A stretch of DNA of 64,000 nucleotides from the NCBI RefSeq assembly GCF_001194135.2, contig NC_068989.1:30001114-30065113 (forward strand), read 5' to 3'. Below are positions 50,922-64,000 of the stretch, one piece after another (position 1 is the first letter of the stretch; each line of letters opens with the position of its first letter). Under the pieces are notes generated by a model. That model saw only the letters and a list, made by a program, of their open reading frames with translations. It had not been told where the DNA came from and searched no databases. The position numbers and the translations under genes were made by a program. The DNA comes from Octopus bimaculoides (lineage: Eukaryota).

Positions 50922-53049
50922 CATATATTGGTAAAATATAGATTTTAGAATCTCATGCATTCATATTTGTATCACACTATAATCTGTCTGAATAACTACA
51001 ATATATATACATATAAATGCCTTTAATATTTCTTTTAAAGTCAAAACAATGCAACCTATAAAAATTAATAATACAGGCGAATGGTTTGTACATTTAATTG
51101 GTATTTCAATATTTCAAGACTAGGATCCCTTATTCAGGAAATCTTTGCAGAAAAGGTGTTGTTATCTGACTTCTCTGCAGAACAGATTTCCTCTGTAGAT
51201 TTCCTGAAGGAGAAGTCCTAACCATGTAATATATATGATATATTATTGGTTTCAAATTTTGGCACCAAGTTAGCAAGTTTGTAGGAGAGGGTAAGTCAAT
51301 TACATTGAGCTCAGTGCTCAACTAGTACTTATTTTATCAACCCCAAAAGGATGGAGGGCAAAGTTGACCTTGGTGGAATTTGAACTGAGAACATACTGAT
51401 AAAAAGAAATGCCACTAAGCATTTTGCCCAGCTTGCTAATGATTCTTCCAGCTTGCCACCTCTATACAATATATTATTAAATAACAGGTCGAGATGGTGC
51501 CATGCAACTTGAAGTTTCATGGGCTTGAAAACAAATGTAATTCAGGCAGCTAGACAGAGACTAACAAGCTATGCGACAAATTCTAGATGTTAGACCTTTG
51601 TTGGTCAATTCACATCATGCGGTGTTATTGGTGTGGAAGCAATTATTGTCTTTATTCCTAGGCCTACATGGTTAGACAGGATGTTGGTAGGTAACTGTTG
51701 CTGCTTTGTCTGAAACCAGTGCTAAGGTTCATTTAATGATATTGGTATATTGCATTAGATGCTACGCATGACAGAGAGGAGTATTGTCAGAGATTAGTGG
51801 AGAAATAACACTATAGTGGCAACAGACTTTCCATGTGAGTAAACAGATTTGGAGTGGTGCTGGATTAAAATTTGTTGGTCCTAGGATGGATTGTCAGCAT
51901 GAAATGGACTGTAGTCTATGTGGGCTGCAGGGGTTAAGGTACCATGCCATGTATATGGAATCACCAGGCCTAAGGTGGGATATCTGGATTGCTGGCTGCC
52001 AGTGGCTTGAAGTTCATTATCAGGGCGTACCAATGGTGCAAATAATAAGATAGTTCATTCTTCCTGTTGATGGATACTAAAGGCTGATGGAATATGTACA
52101 GTCTCCTGCAGAGGCCTGTTCTATGAGCCTACAAAACTTTAAGTTGCATGGAGCTGAGTCAAACTGCTATTAAATATGTTACTCCTACAAAAATGTGTTG
52201 AGGGCCACTTTCTTTCATTTGTTCACTCACTTGTATATGTGCATGTGAGTGTGTGAATGTGTATATATGTGTGTGTGTTTGCGTGTATAAATAAGCATGC
52301 ATACACACATATATCACTATATCACTGTATTGAATAAACTATCAGACATTGTTATACATCATTGATCACAGTGTGCTTCCAATTCTTTCTTGACTGTGCT
52401 AGGCAAATACCTCTTTAAGCATTCTGTAGAAATCAGACCTGGCTAACTAAATTGCCCAGTTATTACCACACCAATCCATATACATTGCTATTCATTTCCT
52501 GTGACAGGCTCAGTTTGTAAATTCAAAGACAAACCCTAATTTGGTGCATTAATCACAGAATATATTAGAAAAACATGACTTATTTAGCTTACATGTGTTT
52601 TGAACAGCATGGCAAAACCCAAGCATTGCAGATTGCAATATGCATATTTAGTTGATCCTTCATTTGAATGACTAAAATGTCATAGAAAAAGAGCAATAGT
52701 GCTGTTTTTTTACACTCTAGCAGATGTACAGAAGCAATAAAGGACAAGAAATTTTCAGCAAATGAGGATGTATGCAAAATAAAAATTACTATAATCATAC
52801 ATTATCTGAAGCTGGCTATAGGGACAAAATTTACTATATCCAGAATCAAAACACTGATAAAATTCTTGGTAATAATAGATATCAAATATGATGAAACTTG
52901 ATAGTGAGTGCAATAAATACATCAAGCAATCTTATTTAAGTAAGCTAAATGATAACAAGAATAATGATGCAAATAAGATTGGTTAAAAGTGAAGTATTGA
53001 AGATAATCATATTATTATTAATAAGCATAGATTCAATTCTGTAGATACT

Positions 53050-53950
53050 AAATGTATGGTTGGTATAAACATTAACAACAACAACAACATTAAGGAGGCT
53101 ATAGATATGTATGACTTTAATCATAAAAATTATTGCAAGAGGATATCTAATGTTGATAATGTTAATATTAAGAAAAACGTATATATAATAGAAAGACTAA
53201 ATCAAGGAATATTATCAGGTATAATGCACCATTCACACCTACAGCTACTAATTAATATTCCTTGGAAATTCTTTGCTGCACTGGATAAATATATCCCAAC
53301 TTCAAGTAAGTATGGGAAATTATTTAATCACAACAGAGTGGAATTTTCCTATCAAACCACCTGAAATTATAAGCCAGCTGAAATTATAGCAGCATACAAG
53401 TAAAGTAAAATTCGCCAGTATCCCAACTCAAAATTAGTAAACATGAATAAAACCAATAATGTGAATTATGAAATTAACTCTAATAATAATTTTCCTGAAC
53501 TAGGTTTTCATACTTTAGGTAAAAGTAATTCTGATTGTGAAACTGATAATGCCTTTGAAATAATATTAATTATAATAGACTTGCCTTAACACCTACTTCT
53601 GAAAGGAGAATTAGTGCTAATTCCTTTAACCACGAGTACCATATACAAGTGAATAAATCCTTTTGAAATTTCAAAAACAAAATATCAGTCCTTTAGAAAA
53701 TCAATGTTTAAGGAAGAATATAGTGTATCAATGTAAGGTCATAACAGGAGATTGTACATACTATTACATAGATTCTTCTGCTACAATTTGAAATCTAGAT
53801 TGAATAATCATTTTAAATTTAAGTTTAGAAGAAAAGGTAATTCTATGAATCTTTTGGAATTTACAAGACAGCAAATGCATTTGGGATTTACAAGATTTAA
53901 CTATGATATAAAGTGTTCCACCATCATACAATACTGGTAATTTTAAATGT
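53050..53950 (+). mobile_element. Very decayed Penelope-like relic
   Basis: KFFAALDKYIP..YGKLFNHNRVEFSY resembles the PLE linker; downstream NLKSRLNNH..F resembles a GIY-YIG helix. Confidence 0.5.
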
Positions 53951-54294
53951 GATCTTTGCTTGAGGAAATGTATTATATAATTACTTCTAAATTAGTAATA
54001 TTAAATTGGAGAAATAATTTTACATTGAAATGTTCTCATAAATATGGAAAGCATATAAATATTTCACTACTAAATAACCCATTAATCATAAGACTTTCCT
54101 ATAATCTAATATGCATAATGTTTCTAAAAAGTGTTTTTAGCATATTAATAGAGAGATAACTAATTGCTGTCATGTAGAATTCCTATGTTTCTAATTGTTA
54201 TGACGTAGAATTTCTATGTTAATTTTTTATTCTTTCATTATCTACTGACGTCACCAAAAGTTAAATACTAAACAGGCTTTTCTTAGAACATTAT

Positions 54295-55990
54295 CATCAT
54301 CATCATCATTTAACGTCCGTTTTCCATGCTGGCATGGGTTGGACGGTTTCACTGGGGACTGGCAAGCCAGGAAGCTGCACCAGACTCCAATCTGATCTGG
54401 CAAGGTTTCTACAGCTGGATGCCCTTCCTAACATCAACCACTCCGAGAGTCTAGTGGGTGCTTTTACGTCCCACTGGCACGGGAGCCAGCCAGGTGGCAC
54501 TGGCATCAGCCACATTCAGATGGTGCTTTTTATGTGCCACCAGCATGGGGAGTCAGTCAGGTGGCACTGACATTGACCCATGCATGAATGGTGCTTATTG
54601 TGTGCCAGTCAGGCAGCACTGGCATCGTCCACAACTACAATTTCCATTTTGATTTCGATTTGATTGAGATTTTACTTGACTCAATAGGTCTCCTCAAGTA
54701 CAGCATGTTGCCTGATGATTCAAAGGTACTTTTTAAATGGGCTGCTTATGTGACACTGGTAAAGGTTAGGGCTATACTTTCCGGATCACTTTACTTTCTG
54801 GGTCACTTTACTTTCTGGGTCTTCTCAATCACAGCATATCTCCAGAGGTCTCTGTCTCTTGTCATTGCCTCTTGAGGCCCAACATTTGAAGGTCATGCTT
54901 CACCACCTCATCCCATGTCTTCCTAAGTCTACCTCTTCCACGGGTTCCTTCCACGGGTTCCTTCCACGGGTTCCTTCCACGGGTTCCTTCCACTGTTAGG
55001 GAGTGACACTTCTTCACACAGGTCTCCTCATCCATATGCAACACATGATCATACCAGTGCAGACGTCTCTCTTGCACACCACATCTGATGCTTCTTATGT
55101 CCAGTATTTTTCTCAGGGTGCTTACACCCTCTTGTGTGCACACACTAACATTACACATCTAGCAGATCATACTAGCTTCATTCCTTTCAAGCCTACGTAT
55201 GTCCTCAACAGTCATGAACCATGTTTCACTGCTGTGTAGCATGGCAGTACGCATACATGCATCATACAATCTACCTTTCACTCTGAGCGAGAGGCCCTTT
55301 GTCACCAGCAGAGGTAGGAGCTTTCTGAACTTTGTCCAGGCTATTCTTATTCTAGTGGCAATGCTCTCAGAGCATCCACCCCAGCTACTGGCTTGGTCAC
55401 CGATGTAACAGAAGCTATCAACTACTTCTAGTTTCTTTCCCTGACATGTGATGGAATCTGTTTTCTGAACATCTTCAGTGTTTATTGCTCTTGTGCAACT
55501 GCTGCACACAAAAACTATCATCCTGGTTAACCTTCTTTGATGTTGCTGCACCTTTTATGTGTCCATAACTTACACTGGGTACATCTTATGGAGTTTCTAC
55601 CTACATCTTTTCTACAGATTGAGCAGGGCTGGGTTTGTGATTTGTTGGTATTTGCAATATTGACTCTAAGGCCCTTCAATTCTACAATTGCTTCCACACC
55701 TGAAATTTCTTCTCTCGTTCTGGTAGTGATTTAGCTATGAGAGCCAAGACATCAGTATAGAAGAGCTACCAGGGGCAGCCTGCTTTGAATTCCTCTGTTA
55801 TTGCCTGAAGGACAATGATGAATAAGAGAGGGCTGAGGGCTGATCCTTGGTGAGTTATATTTTGTCTTAACAACTCAACAGTCTTGCCAGACCTATCTTT
55901 TAATGTGCCTATATTGACAGTTCCAACTCTGAGAGAGTGGAAAGGGATGTGAGAGGAAACATGGAGGAAATGGCATTCAGTATCTGATAA
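54295..55990 (-). mobile_element. RTE LINE copy with a large internal deletion
   Basis: Same family as 3363-6525: (CAT)n tail, 3' UTR, ORFs 54862-55158 and 55159-55551. ORF 55766-56008 fuses the EN start (LRVGTVNIGTL) directly to the RT motif HQGSALSPLLF. Confidence 0.92.
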
Positions 55991-58499
55991 GAAGGTTTCA
56001 ATGAGCATTTGATAACGGGTGTGTCATATCAGTTGTTCTCACATTAATCTACTTTCATTCATTCATGTTAAAATTACTGCCTCTAATAGAAGTGAGTGTG
56101 ATACAAGCATTGTTGATATAAGCATTATTAATACAAGCATAAGTGGATAAATAAAATAAATAAAACTGCTAATTGGTTAATTCATTATAAATAGTGAGAA
56201 AGGAAATAGGTAGTTTGTTAATTGACTAAATAAGTAATGCAGTCTTATTTTGGTGCCTGCAGAAATGTTGATGAGGCTATTCATAGGGGAGCTATGAGAG
56301 CTTTCTGGTACAGATAAAAAATTTCCATTATAGGTGGTGGGAGTGGGAATCGGTGGGCACATCATGAATAAGGAAGGATGGAAAAGCTGCTCCTTTCTAA
56401 GCAATGACAGAAATAAAGAGTCGAAGGTGGAACATAGAAATCAAGGAAGGAAGATTGTAAAAATTAAAGCAAGGGGTCAAAGGCCAGGGCACATCTCTAA
56501 TGAGTGACAAAAATTATGATTATGATGAGTTAGCCTAAATTAAATTACAGGTGGGTTAGTATATTTATGAGGTAGAAATGCAAATAAATGAATGATGTAT
56601 GATTAAGGTGAAGAAAAGGCACATTTAGCTGGACATTTTGTTACATGTGGAAGACAGTAAGCAGTATAAATTGAAGGAATCTGCATGTATGGAGGGGTTT
56701 ATATAAGGCAGCAACAGGAAGAAGGAAATGAAAAGAGAAGAGGTTGACCACTGGAAATGGCAGCCAAGGTAGAGATATGGGAAAACAGCTATGCTAGCTT
56801 CCAGGATAGAGGCAGTAGAAGTCATTGCAAATAAGGAAGGGCAAAAAGACTGATGTATGCTTGTAACTGTATATAATACATGTGTATCTGTATGTGGGTG
56901 TGTGTCTGGACATTTGGTGTGTACATATCAGTACATATGTGTATGTACTTAAATGTATGTATTGAGACATATATCTGCAATTATATGTGTGCGCACACAC
57001 ACACACATGCACACACACACACACATGCACACACACACACATGCACACACACACACGCATGTTTGTATATGTGTGTGTGTGTCACTTCATTGTGTCCCTG
57101 TCATTTTTTCTTGCCCCTCCTTAATTCTTTTGTCCCTCTGCCTCTACCTGTCTCTTTTCTCTACCCAAGTGACCGGTGTTCAGCCAAGCCTGACCTTTCT
57201 TTCTTGGGTGGCCATTGTGTGTGCAACATCGTTATTCCTCCCTGTGTCTGTGAAATCTTGTATCCTGGCTGTAAGGCCTTATTTCCATACACGCCAGCTT
57301 AATTTTATTCGTCCTTCATTGAAAGACATCTGTTGTTATGTCCTGTATTTGAGAAACGTTCGTTTTTTTCCGTCCTTGTTTTTGTATACATTTGCTGCTT
57401 TCTTCCAAGGAATCTAATGCTCTTAGCTTAGTTTTTCCTTGGGGCTGGCCAGATTGGAGCAATATCGAGAATAACCAGCCGAAATTGCAAAGATAATCTG
57501 GAACTCGACTGAGGAAAGAAAACTCTGAATGACCTGTCCGTGTTTTCTTTGTATCATCTATCTGGATGTTTTATTCCTTTCTTGTATCACCTAAACTGTC
57601 TGGATGTTTTGCGTTCTTGTCCCATTCTGTATTATANNNNNNNNNNNNNNNNNNNNNNNNNNNNNNNNNNNNNNNNNNNNNNNNNNNNNNNNNNNNNNNN
57701 NNNNNNNNNNNNNNNNNNNNNNNNNNNNNNNNNNNNNNNNNNNNNNNNNNNNNNNNNNNNNNNNNNNNNNNNNNNNNNNNNNTATATATATATATATATA
57801 TGTTGGTGTGTATATGTTCTTGTGGATGAGTGCCTGTATCTGCACACTTATTTGTGCTGACTTGTGTATGGTTGTGCATCCTATTTATTATTTCTTTCTA
57901 CTACTTGGCTCATACTTTGCACTCTAGCCTGTCCAAAGTTTGGTGCTCATGTCTTACTATACTGGATACTAGAGTGGATTTTTGTACCCACTACCGAGCC
58001 CAATTTTGGTTGCATGTTGCACTTTAGTATGCCTCCTTTGTATATATATTTCTGCTTATTATTATCATTATTATTATTGTGTGTGTGTATATATATACAT
58101 ATATATATATACATATATAGTTCATATATCTGAAAAAGAAGTACACTCTAAAGCATTAGAACAGTAATATATTTTTTAGGAAGTTAAAAGTTACGGCCAA
58201 TTATAGAGTGACCATTGGTTTTGCCCCTATAAGTACTCAGTCCTTCATCTAAAATGTTTCCTACTACAAATTTGGAATTCCTCATTCATTGAATAGGCCT
58301 GCCACAGCTCCTTTGAATATCCCCATGGCCAGAGCCAATGTAAGGGGAATTACCTCCATCTCACTTTCAATACAGTAAAAATAAGAGCATCACAACAAAC
58401 CACAGCACATACCCAAGGCACACAGAGCTGTGCTTGGTAGTGCAGTGAAAGCACATGATAAAAATAAGACTACTGAATAATAATAGAAACAACTTGAAA

Positions 58500-59950
58500 G
58501 TCTTGTACATACTATCTGCATTTTCTTAAATGACATAGGTATGGAATTTGTGATAGAAAAGTGAGCTACATTGAAAATGAAACGAGGAAGATTTGAAAGA
58601 ATTGAAATGCCAAATGGGCAAACAATGAGAGTGTTTGAAAAAGGACAGTGGTATAAGTACTTGGGAATACTTGAAACAGATGAGATAAAAAATGAAAAAA
58701 TGAAACAAATTACCAGGGGGAGTACACAAGGAGAGTAAGAAAATTATTGTAGTCAAAGTTGAATTTCAAAAATCTTATCGATGCTATATATTCAAGAGCA
58801 GTACCCTTAATCAGATATGGAGTTTGAATTATAGACTGGGCCAAAAACGATATAAAGAAACTTGACAGAAAAACTAGGAAGTTATTGATGATGTATGGAG
58901 TCCACTATCCGAAAGCTGATATCAACCAGCTGTACTTAAGGAGGGACCAAGGTGGAAGAGGCTTAATAACAGTAGAAGAATGTATGCAGACAGAAAGAAA
59001 AAGTTTAGTAGAGTATTTACAGAGTAGCACAGAGAAACTACTAAAGACAGCTAATAAAGAACAGGTGATGAAGCATGTAATAGGAGAAAAGGACAAGAAT
59101 GAAATAGAAAGAAAGCACGTCAGACAGATTGAAGAGAAACCTCTGCATGACCAATTTTGGAGAGCCACTGAAGATACATGTGGAACAAAACCTGAACTTG
59201 GTTAAAAAAAGGGCAATTGAAAACAAAAAGCAGAGAACCTAATTGTAGCAGCCCAAGATCAAGTGATAAAAACAAACAACTTGAGAAAAAAACATATATG
59301 GAGAGAATGTGTGAGAAAAATGTAGAGCCTGTGGAACTTGGAATGAGACAGTAGCATACACTGTGACAGAATGTTCCAAATTGGCACAGGAAGAATATAA
59401 GAAATGGAGGCACAACCAGGTTGTAAAAGTTTTACACTGAAAACTGTGCCAGGAATGAGGATTTGAAGCTGGAAATACATGGTATAATCATCGAGTCAAA
59501 AGTGTACTGGAGTTGGAGAAATGTAAAATTTTGTAGGACTTTCCTATTCAAATGGACAAGAAGTCAGAAAATAATAAACCAGACATAACAATTATAGGTG
59601 AGGATAAGTGAACTTAATTACTTATTGACCTGTTATGTTTGTTTGATTCCAGGATTGTGAAGAAAGAGGAAAAAAACCCAAAGAATATACAATCCCTTAA
59701 AATTTGAAATAAGAAGAATTTGGAGCATGTGAACAGTAAAGGTCATGCCTATAATAATTGGTGTGTTGGGAACAGTAAGCAAATGGTTGAAGGAGATTGA
59801 AATAGAATGCCCAGTAGAGCTCCTACAGAAAGTTTGTCTCTTAGGGACAGTAAAAATTATCAGGAGGTTCTAAGCATTTAAAAGATAGCTGAAAACTTGT
59901 GGATACCTAAGGTTACATGTAATAACCCACTACCCACATAAATCCTATCA
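58500..59950 (+). mobile_element. Dong/R4-like LINE 3' half
   Basis: YKYLGILE, HYPKADINQLYLRRDQGGRGL, DFPIQ..NNKPDI, IIGVLGTVS, LLQKVCLLGT. Confidence 0.9.
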
Positions 59951-59999
59951 GGAATAAGACCAAACCTGAGCCAAACCAAAATAATTAAATAATTAAAGC

Positions 60000-60622
60000 A
60001 CCACAGGTATGGCCCATTATCACAAGCCAAGCGACCACGGACACATTGAGGAATATCAGTAACTGGAGAACTCCAGGGATAGACAAGATCTCCAACTTAT
60101 GGCTGAAATACCTCAACAGTACCCATATTCACAGTGGCAGCACTTGATTTAGTAATAAACAAACCAGAATCAACACCAAACTGGATACTGGAAGGACAAA
60201 CCACCCTAATTCCAAACAAACAAAGAGACCATACACCCACAAAATCATAAGCCAATAACATGCCTATCAACAATCTATAAAACCCTCTCACCAGTCATCT
60301 ATAACTGGCTTGTAATACACCTGGAAAAGACAGCATTTTACCAGAACAAAAGGGATGCCAGAGAGAGGTGCAAAAAGCAGCTTCTAGTAAATTGAGCCAT
60401 TAGACAGGACTGTAAGAAGAGAAACATGACTTGGATTGATAACCAGAAAGCATTCAACATGGATACTGGAATTGCTCTACACAAATAAAGAAGCTTCAAC
60501 ACTGCTAAAATATATCAACCATGCAATGGCAAACTGGAAAACCAGTAGAACACTGAAAAATGAACCACAAGTAATTAAAACCTGCCCTATGCTCATAAGA
60601 AGAAAGATTTTCCAATGAGACT
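60000..60622 (+). mobile_element. RLE-type LINE RT N-terminal fragment ending at the QGDS motif
   Basis: PGIDKISNLWLKYL, LEGQTTLIP, K(AF)NM, IRRKIFQ*DS; interrupted by the gypsy LTR. Confidence 0.7.
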
Positions 60623-60633
60623 CATGAATAAGG

Positions 60634-60912
60634 TGTTGTGCCAAGAGTCATGACACCCGCTGCAAGAATAGACATGACAAAATGACTATGAATAGTAGCA
60701 GTCTGAGTGAGAGACCTGACAGAGTAGGTGTTAATTGCAGGAAGTCATAAGATGTTGTTTTGGTAGTTTGTTGGAATATCGTCTGTTGGTTCATGTGTGT
60801 GGAGAGTTCATTGGATTGTTACATTGTTGTTACCCTGATTTGTTATATGTTTTATTGTTACTACACATTTATAGCATAAAAAAGTATCGTCATAACAACT
60901 GGTGATGCAACA
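60634..60912 (+). repeat. 5' LTR of the gypsy element (PBS-like TGGTGATGAGG at 60917-60927)
   Basis: TGTTG...CAACA termini followed by atat-TGGTGATGAGG, resembling the TGGCGACGAG-type PBS. Confidence 0.7.
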
Positions 60913-63900
60913 ATATTGGTGATGAGGATTCGAAGTTCACACAGGTCAGTTAACAAATTTTTGTGACATGAAGTTGTTAATAATGGAAGACCTATTAGAT
61001 TTTATAATACAGTTGCAAAAGCAACAGCAAGAACAGCAACAGCAGTTGCAGAAACAACTACTACAGTAACAAGAAAAACAACAGTTAATGGAGCTATGTC
61101 TTAAGTAGTCTGGAAACACTATAAGGTTTTTTTCATCAGATGACATATTGAACTCTAATAACAGAGTCCAACCTTTGCAGCATACTTTAGAAAGTATGAA
61201 GAAATCTTCAGAAAAGAATGCAAGTCGTGGATGGACAACGATAAAGTAAGACTATTATTATGCAAATTAGCACTGGCTGAACATGAAAAATATTGTAATT
61301 TCATACTACCCCCACAAAAAACTAGTGAAATTTGTTTCCAGGAAACAGTCGAAGTACTATCAAAAATATTCAGTGATAAGAGTTCCCACTTATCACTTCC
61401 AGATGGGAGTGTTGGAATCTAGTTAAAAAAGAGGATGAAGACTTTGTCACGTATGCCAGGACTGTAAACTGAATGTGCAAAAGATTTAAACTGAAGGAAC
61501 TAACTCCTGACATGTTTAAGTGTCTTATTTTTGTACAAGGGTTTATGGCAAACAAAAATGCAGAGATATGTGCAAGAATTCTCACAAAACTTGAACAAAC
61601 GGACCAAAGTTTAACCCTGCAGACAGTTTCAGAGGAGTGTCAAAGAATGGTAAACTTACATCAGGACATAAAGAAAATTGAAGAGAAGGAGTTCTCACAA
61701 GTAGAAGTATGTTGACAGGGAAGGTATAAACAAACAAAAAAATGTTAAAACCAAACCCATGCTACAGATGTGGAGCCCTACATTTCAGGAAGGATTGTAC
61801 TTTCAAAATGCAAAAATGTATCAGTTGCCAAAAAGCAGGACACAAAAGCTCACATTGCAGAGCAAAGTTAGGAAGGTCAAACATAAAAGATTCCAAAGTT
61901 TTCTCAATGGAAAGTAGAAATGACACTAAAAAGAGAAAATTTGTACATGTAAAAGTAAATGAAGTGAATATTAAATTACAACTAGATACCAGTCGCAACA
62001 TCTTGATTATTAATACCAACACATGGAAAAGAATTGAGAAACTTATGTTAAGAAAAACATCAAAAATTGTACGAGGTGAAAAACTACACTTCATAGGAAA
62101 AATGTGGAGTGATATCACATTTCGGGGAAAAACCTGTAGAGCAAAAGTTTTTGTGGTAAAAAATGCAACCAATCTGTTCGGTATGAACTGGTTGGAGTTG
62201 TTTGACCTATGGAACCTCCCCATAGGTCTGTTCTGTAAAAATTCAGCAGCTGAATTGAAGAAAAAATTAAAAAAACTTGTTTCCTGCAGTGCTGTCAGAT
62301 AAATTAGGTCTCTGTTCTAAGACTGAGGTCTGTTTTCAAATAAAGGAAAATGTTGTACCTGTATTCAAACCTAAAGAAAGGTACCATTTGCTGCAATAAA
62401 GCAGGTAGAGGAACAATTAGACTGGAGAAAATGGAAATTATTCAAAAAGTAGATTATTCTAAGTAGGCAGCACCAACTGTGTGTATTAAAAAAAAAAATA
62501 ACAAAATCAGTGTGTACTGATTTTTCTACTTGTTTGAATGACTATCTAAAAATGTGCCATTATCCACTGCCTACTCCAGAGGATATTTTCGCAAAATTAA
62601 ATGGAAAATATTTTCAAAACTGGATTTGTCTGATGCATATCTACAAATTAAAGTAGATGAGGAATGCTTGAAGTTTCTAACAGTGAATATGCAGAGGACT
62701 ATACAAATATGATAGATTGTCATTTGATCTGAAGGTTTCACCTGCAATATTTCAACAGGTTATGGATGCAATGTTGGTGGACTGTCAATTTGCAATTCCA
62801 TACCTTGATGATGTATTAATTAAAAGTGAATCAGCATATCGAACATGTGAAGTGTGTTTTTCAAGAAATAAGAGATTATGGTTTCACACTCAGTGAGCAG
62901 AAATGTGAATTCTTTTATGTGAATTAAATATTTTGGACAAATTATTGATAAAAATGGAAGACGACCTGACCTGTTGAGGGCAGACACAATTAAAAATATG
63001 CCTCCCCCAACTAACATAGCAACATTACAAGCTTCTCTTGACCTGACAAACTATTATCAAAATTACATGCCAAACATGTATGAATTGGGAGCTCCACTTA
63101 ATAATTTGCTAAAGAAAGATACCAAATGGAATTAGTCATTTAACTGTTAAAAGGTGTTTCAGGACATTAAAAAATATTAATTTCGGATTTGTTATTAGCT
63201 CATTTTGATTCTACAGCAGAGACTGTGGTAGCTTCTGACACTTCTGAATATGGCGTAGGAGCAGTTTTGCTACACAAATATAAAGACGGTAATATGAAGG
63301 CAGTGGTTCATGCCACATATGCTCTGATTGCTGCAGAAAAAAAACTACAGCCAGATAAAGAAACTCTAGTGATTATTTTTGCTACAAAGAAATTTCACAA
63401 ATTTCTCCACTGTACAAGTTTTCGGCTTCAGATGGACCACTGACCATTACTATCAATTTTTGGACTGAAGAAAGGAATTCCTACCCATTCAGCTAACAGA
63501 TTACAACACTGGTGTACAATATTGTTAAATTACAATTTTAAGATGGAGTATATTCCTTCTAAGAAAATTGGCCATGCAGATTGTTTATCTAGGCTAATTC
63601 CAAAGAATGCAGAACCACTGGAAGATGTGGTGATAGCCGCATTACAATCAGAAAAAGAAATTAAAAATGTTAAGTGTAATGTCATTCAGGAGTTGCCAAT
63701 GACTGTACAAGATATAAAAAGTAAATCAGCAGAGGACAAATATATCATAAAAAATGTAGGAAACCTTGAAAAATAAACAAAAGAGAAACATGAATGTGAA
63801 CCATTTTTCACTCTGCAATGATGTATTAATGTACACAAAGAGTGGTAGTACCAACTGCACTACAGAAACGGATATAGTTCTATATTTAAGAGATGAGGAA
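60634..63900 (+). mobile_element. Ty3/gypsy (K02A2.6/Mag-like) LTR retrotransposon, degenerate
   Basis: Gag with CYRCGALHFRKDC..CISCQKAGHKSSHC knuckles, protease KLQLDT, RT (PLPTPEDIFA, DLSDAYLQ, YLDD), RNase H (SDTSEYGVGAVL, IGHADCLSRL); many stops. Confidence 0.95.
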
Positions 63901-64000
63901 TTATGTACATTACTTACGATTAATGGATATTTGTCCTCATCATATTTGTTGTCAACATGTTTTGGCTGATATACCCTCCAGCCTTCATCAAGTGTCTTGG
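63901..64000 (-). mobile_element. 3' half of a second copy of the hammerhead-like SINE
   Basis: Reverse complement ccaagacacTTGATGAaggctggagggtatatcagccAAAACatgtt...gaggacaaatatcc matches 25110-25209. Confidence 0.8.

Noticed and set aside
51480-52130. GC-richer stretch faintly like an RTE endonuclease
   Set aside because: No convincing catalytic motifs.
57090-57636. CpG-retaining non-coding stretch that looks like a young repeat or LTR
   Set aside because: No second copy, termini or coding motif in the window to classify it.
1-64000. CRISPR array, rRNA or prokaryotic operon
   Set aside because: No constant-repeat/unique-spacer arrays, rRNA motifs or gene-dense ORFs; the sequence is eukaryotic repeat-rich DNA.

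Overview
AT-rich, microsatellite-dense eukaryotic (animal) DNA from a gapped draft assembly with nine N-runs, most flanked by microsatellites. The repeat families (tRNA-derived SINEs with internal microsatellites, RTE LINEs with (CAT)n tails, Dong/R4-like RLE LINEs, Penelope-like elements) fit a coleoid cephalopod, probably an octopus; this is an inference from family resemblance. Most of the window is decayed mobile DNA: two long RTE LINEs (one splitting a SINE), about seven Dong/R4-type relics, five Penelope relics, a full-length mariner with TA TSDs (17075-18341), a maT/Tc1-like relic, Helitron and MULE fragments, MITE/foldback elements and a Ty3/gypsy element running to the right edge. No intact transposon ORF was found, and no rRNA, true tRNA or CRISPR. 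Host-gene evidence is limited to splice-site-flanked, phase-compatible candidate exons. These suggest a plus-strand gene of unknown product (about 0.7-34.6 kb) and, separately, a minus-strand gene for a small secreted, possibly amidated, peptide; both models are unverified. The most notable oddities are a tRNA-headed SINE with a hammerhead-ribozyme-like core (2 copies), a PHD-like C4HC3 finger inside the RT region of the RTE ORF2, two long palindromes and a pseudoknot-capable LINE 3' end.
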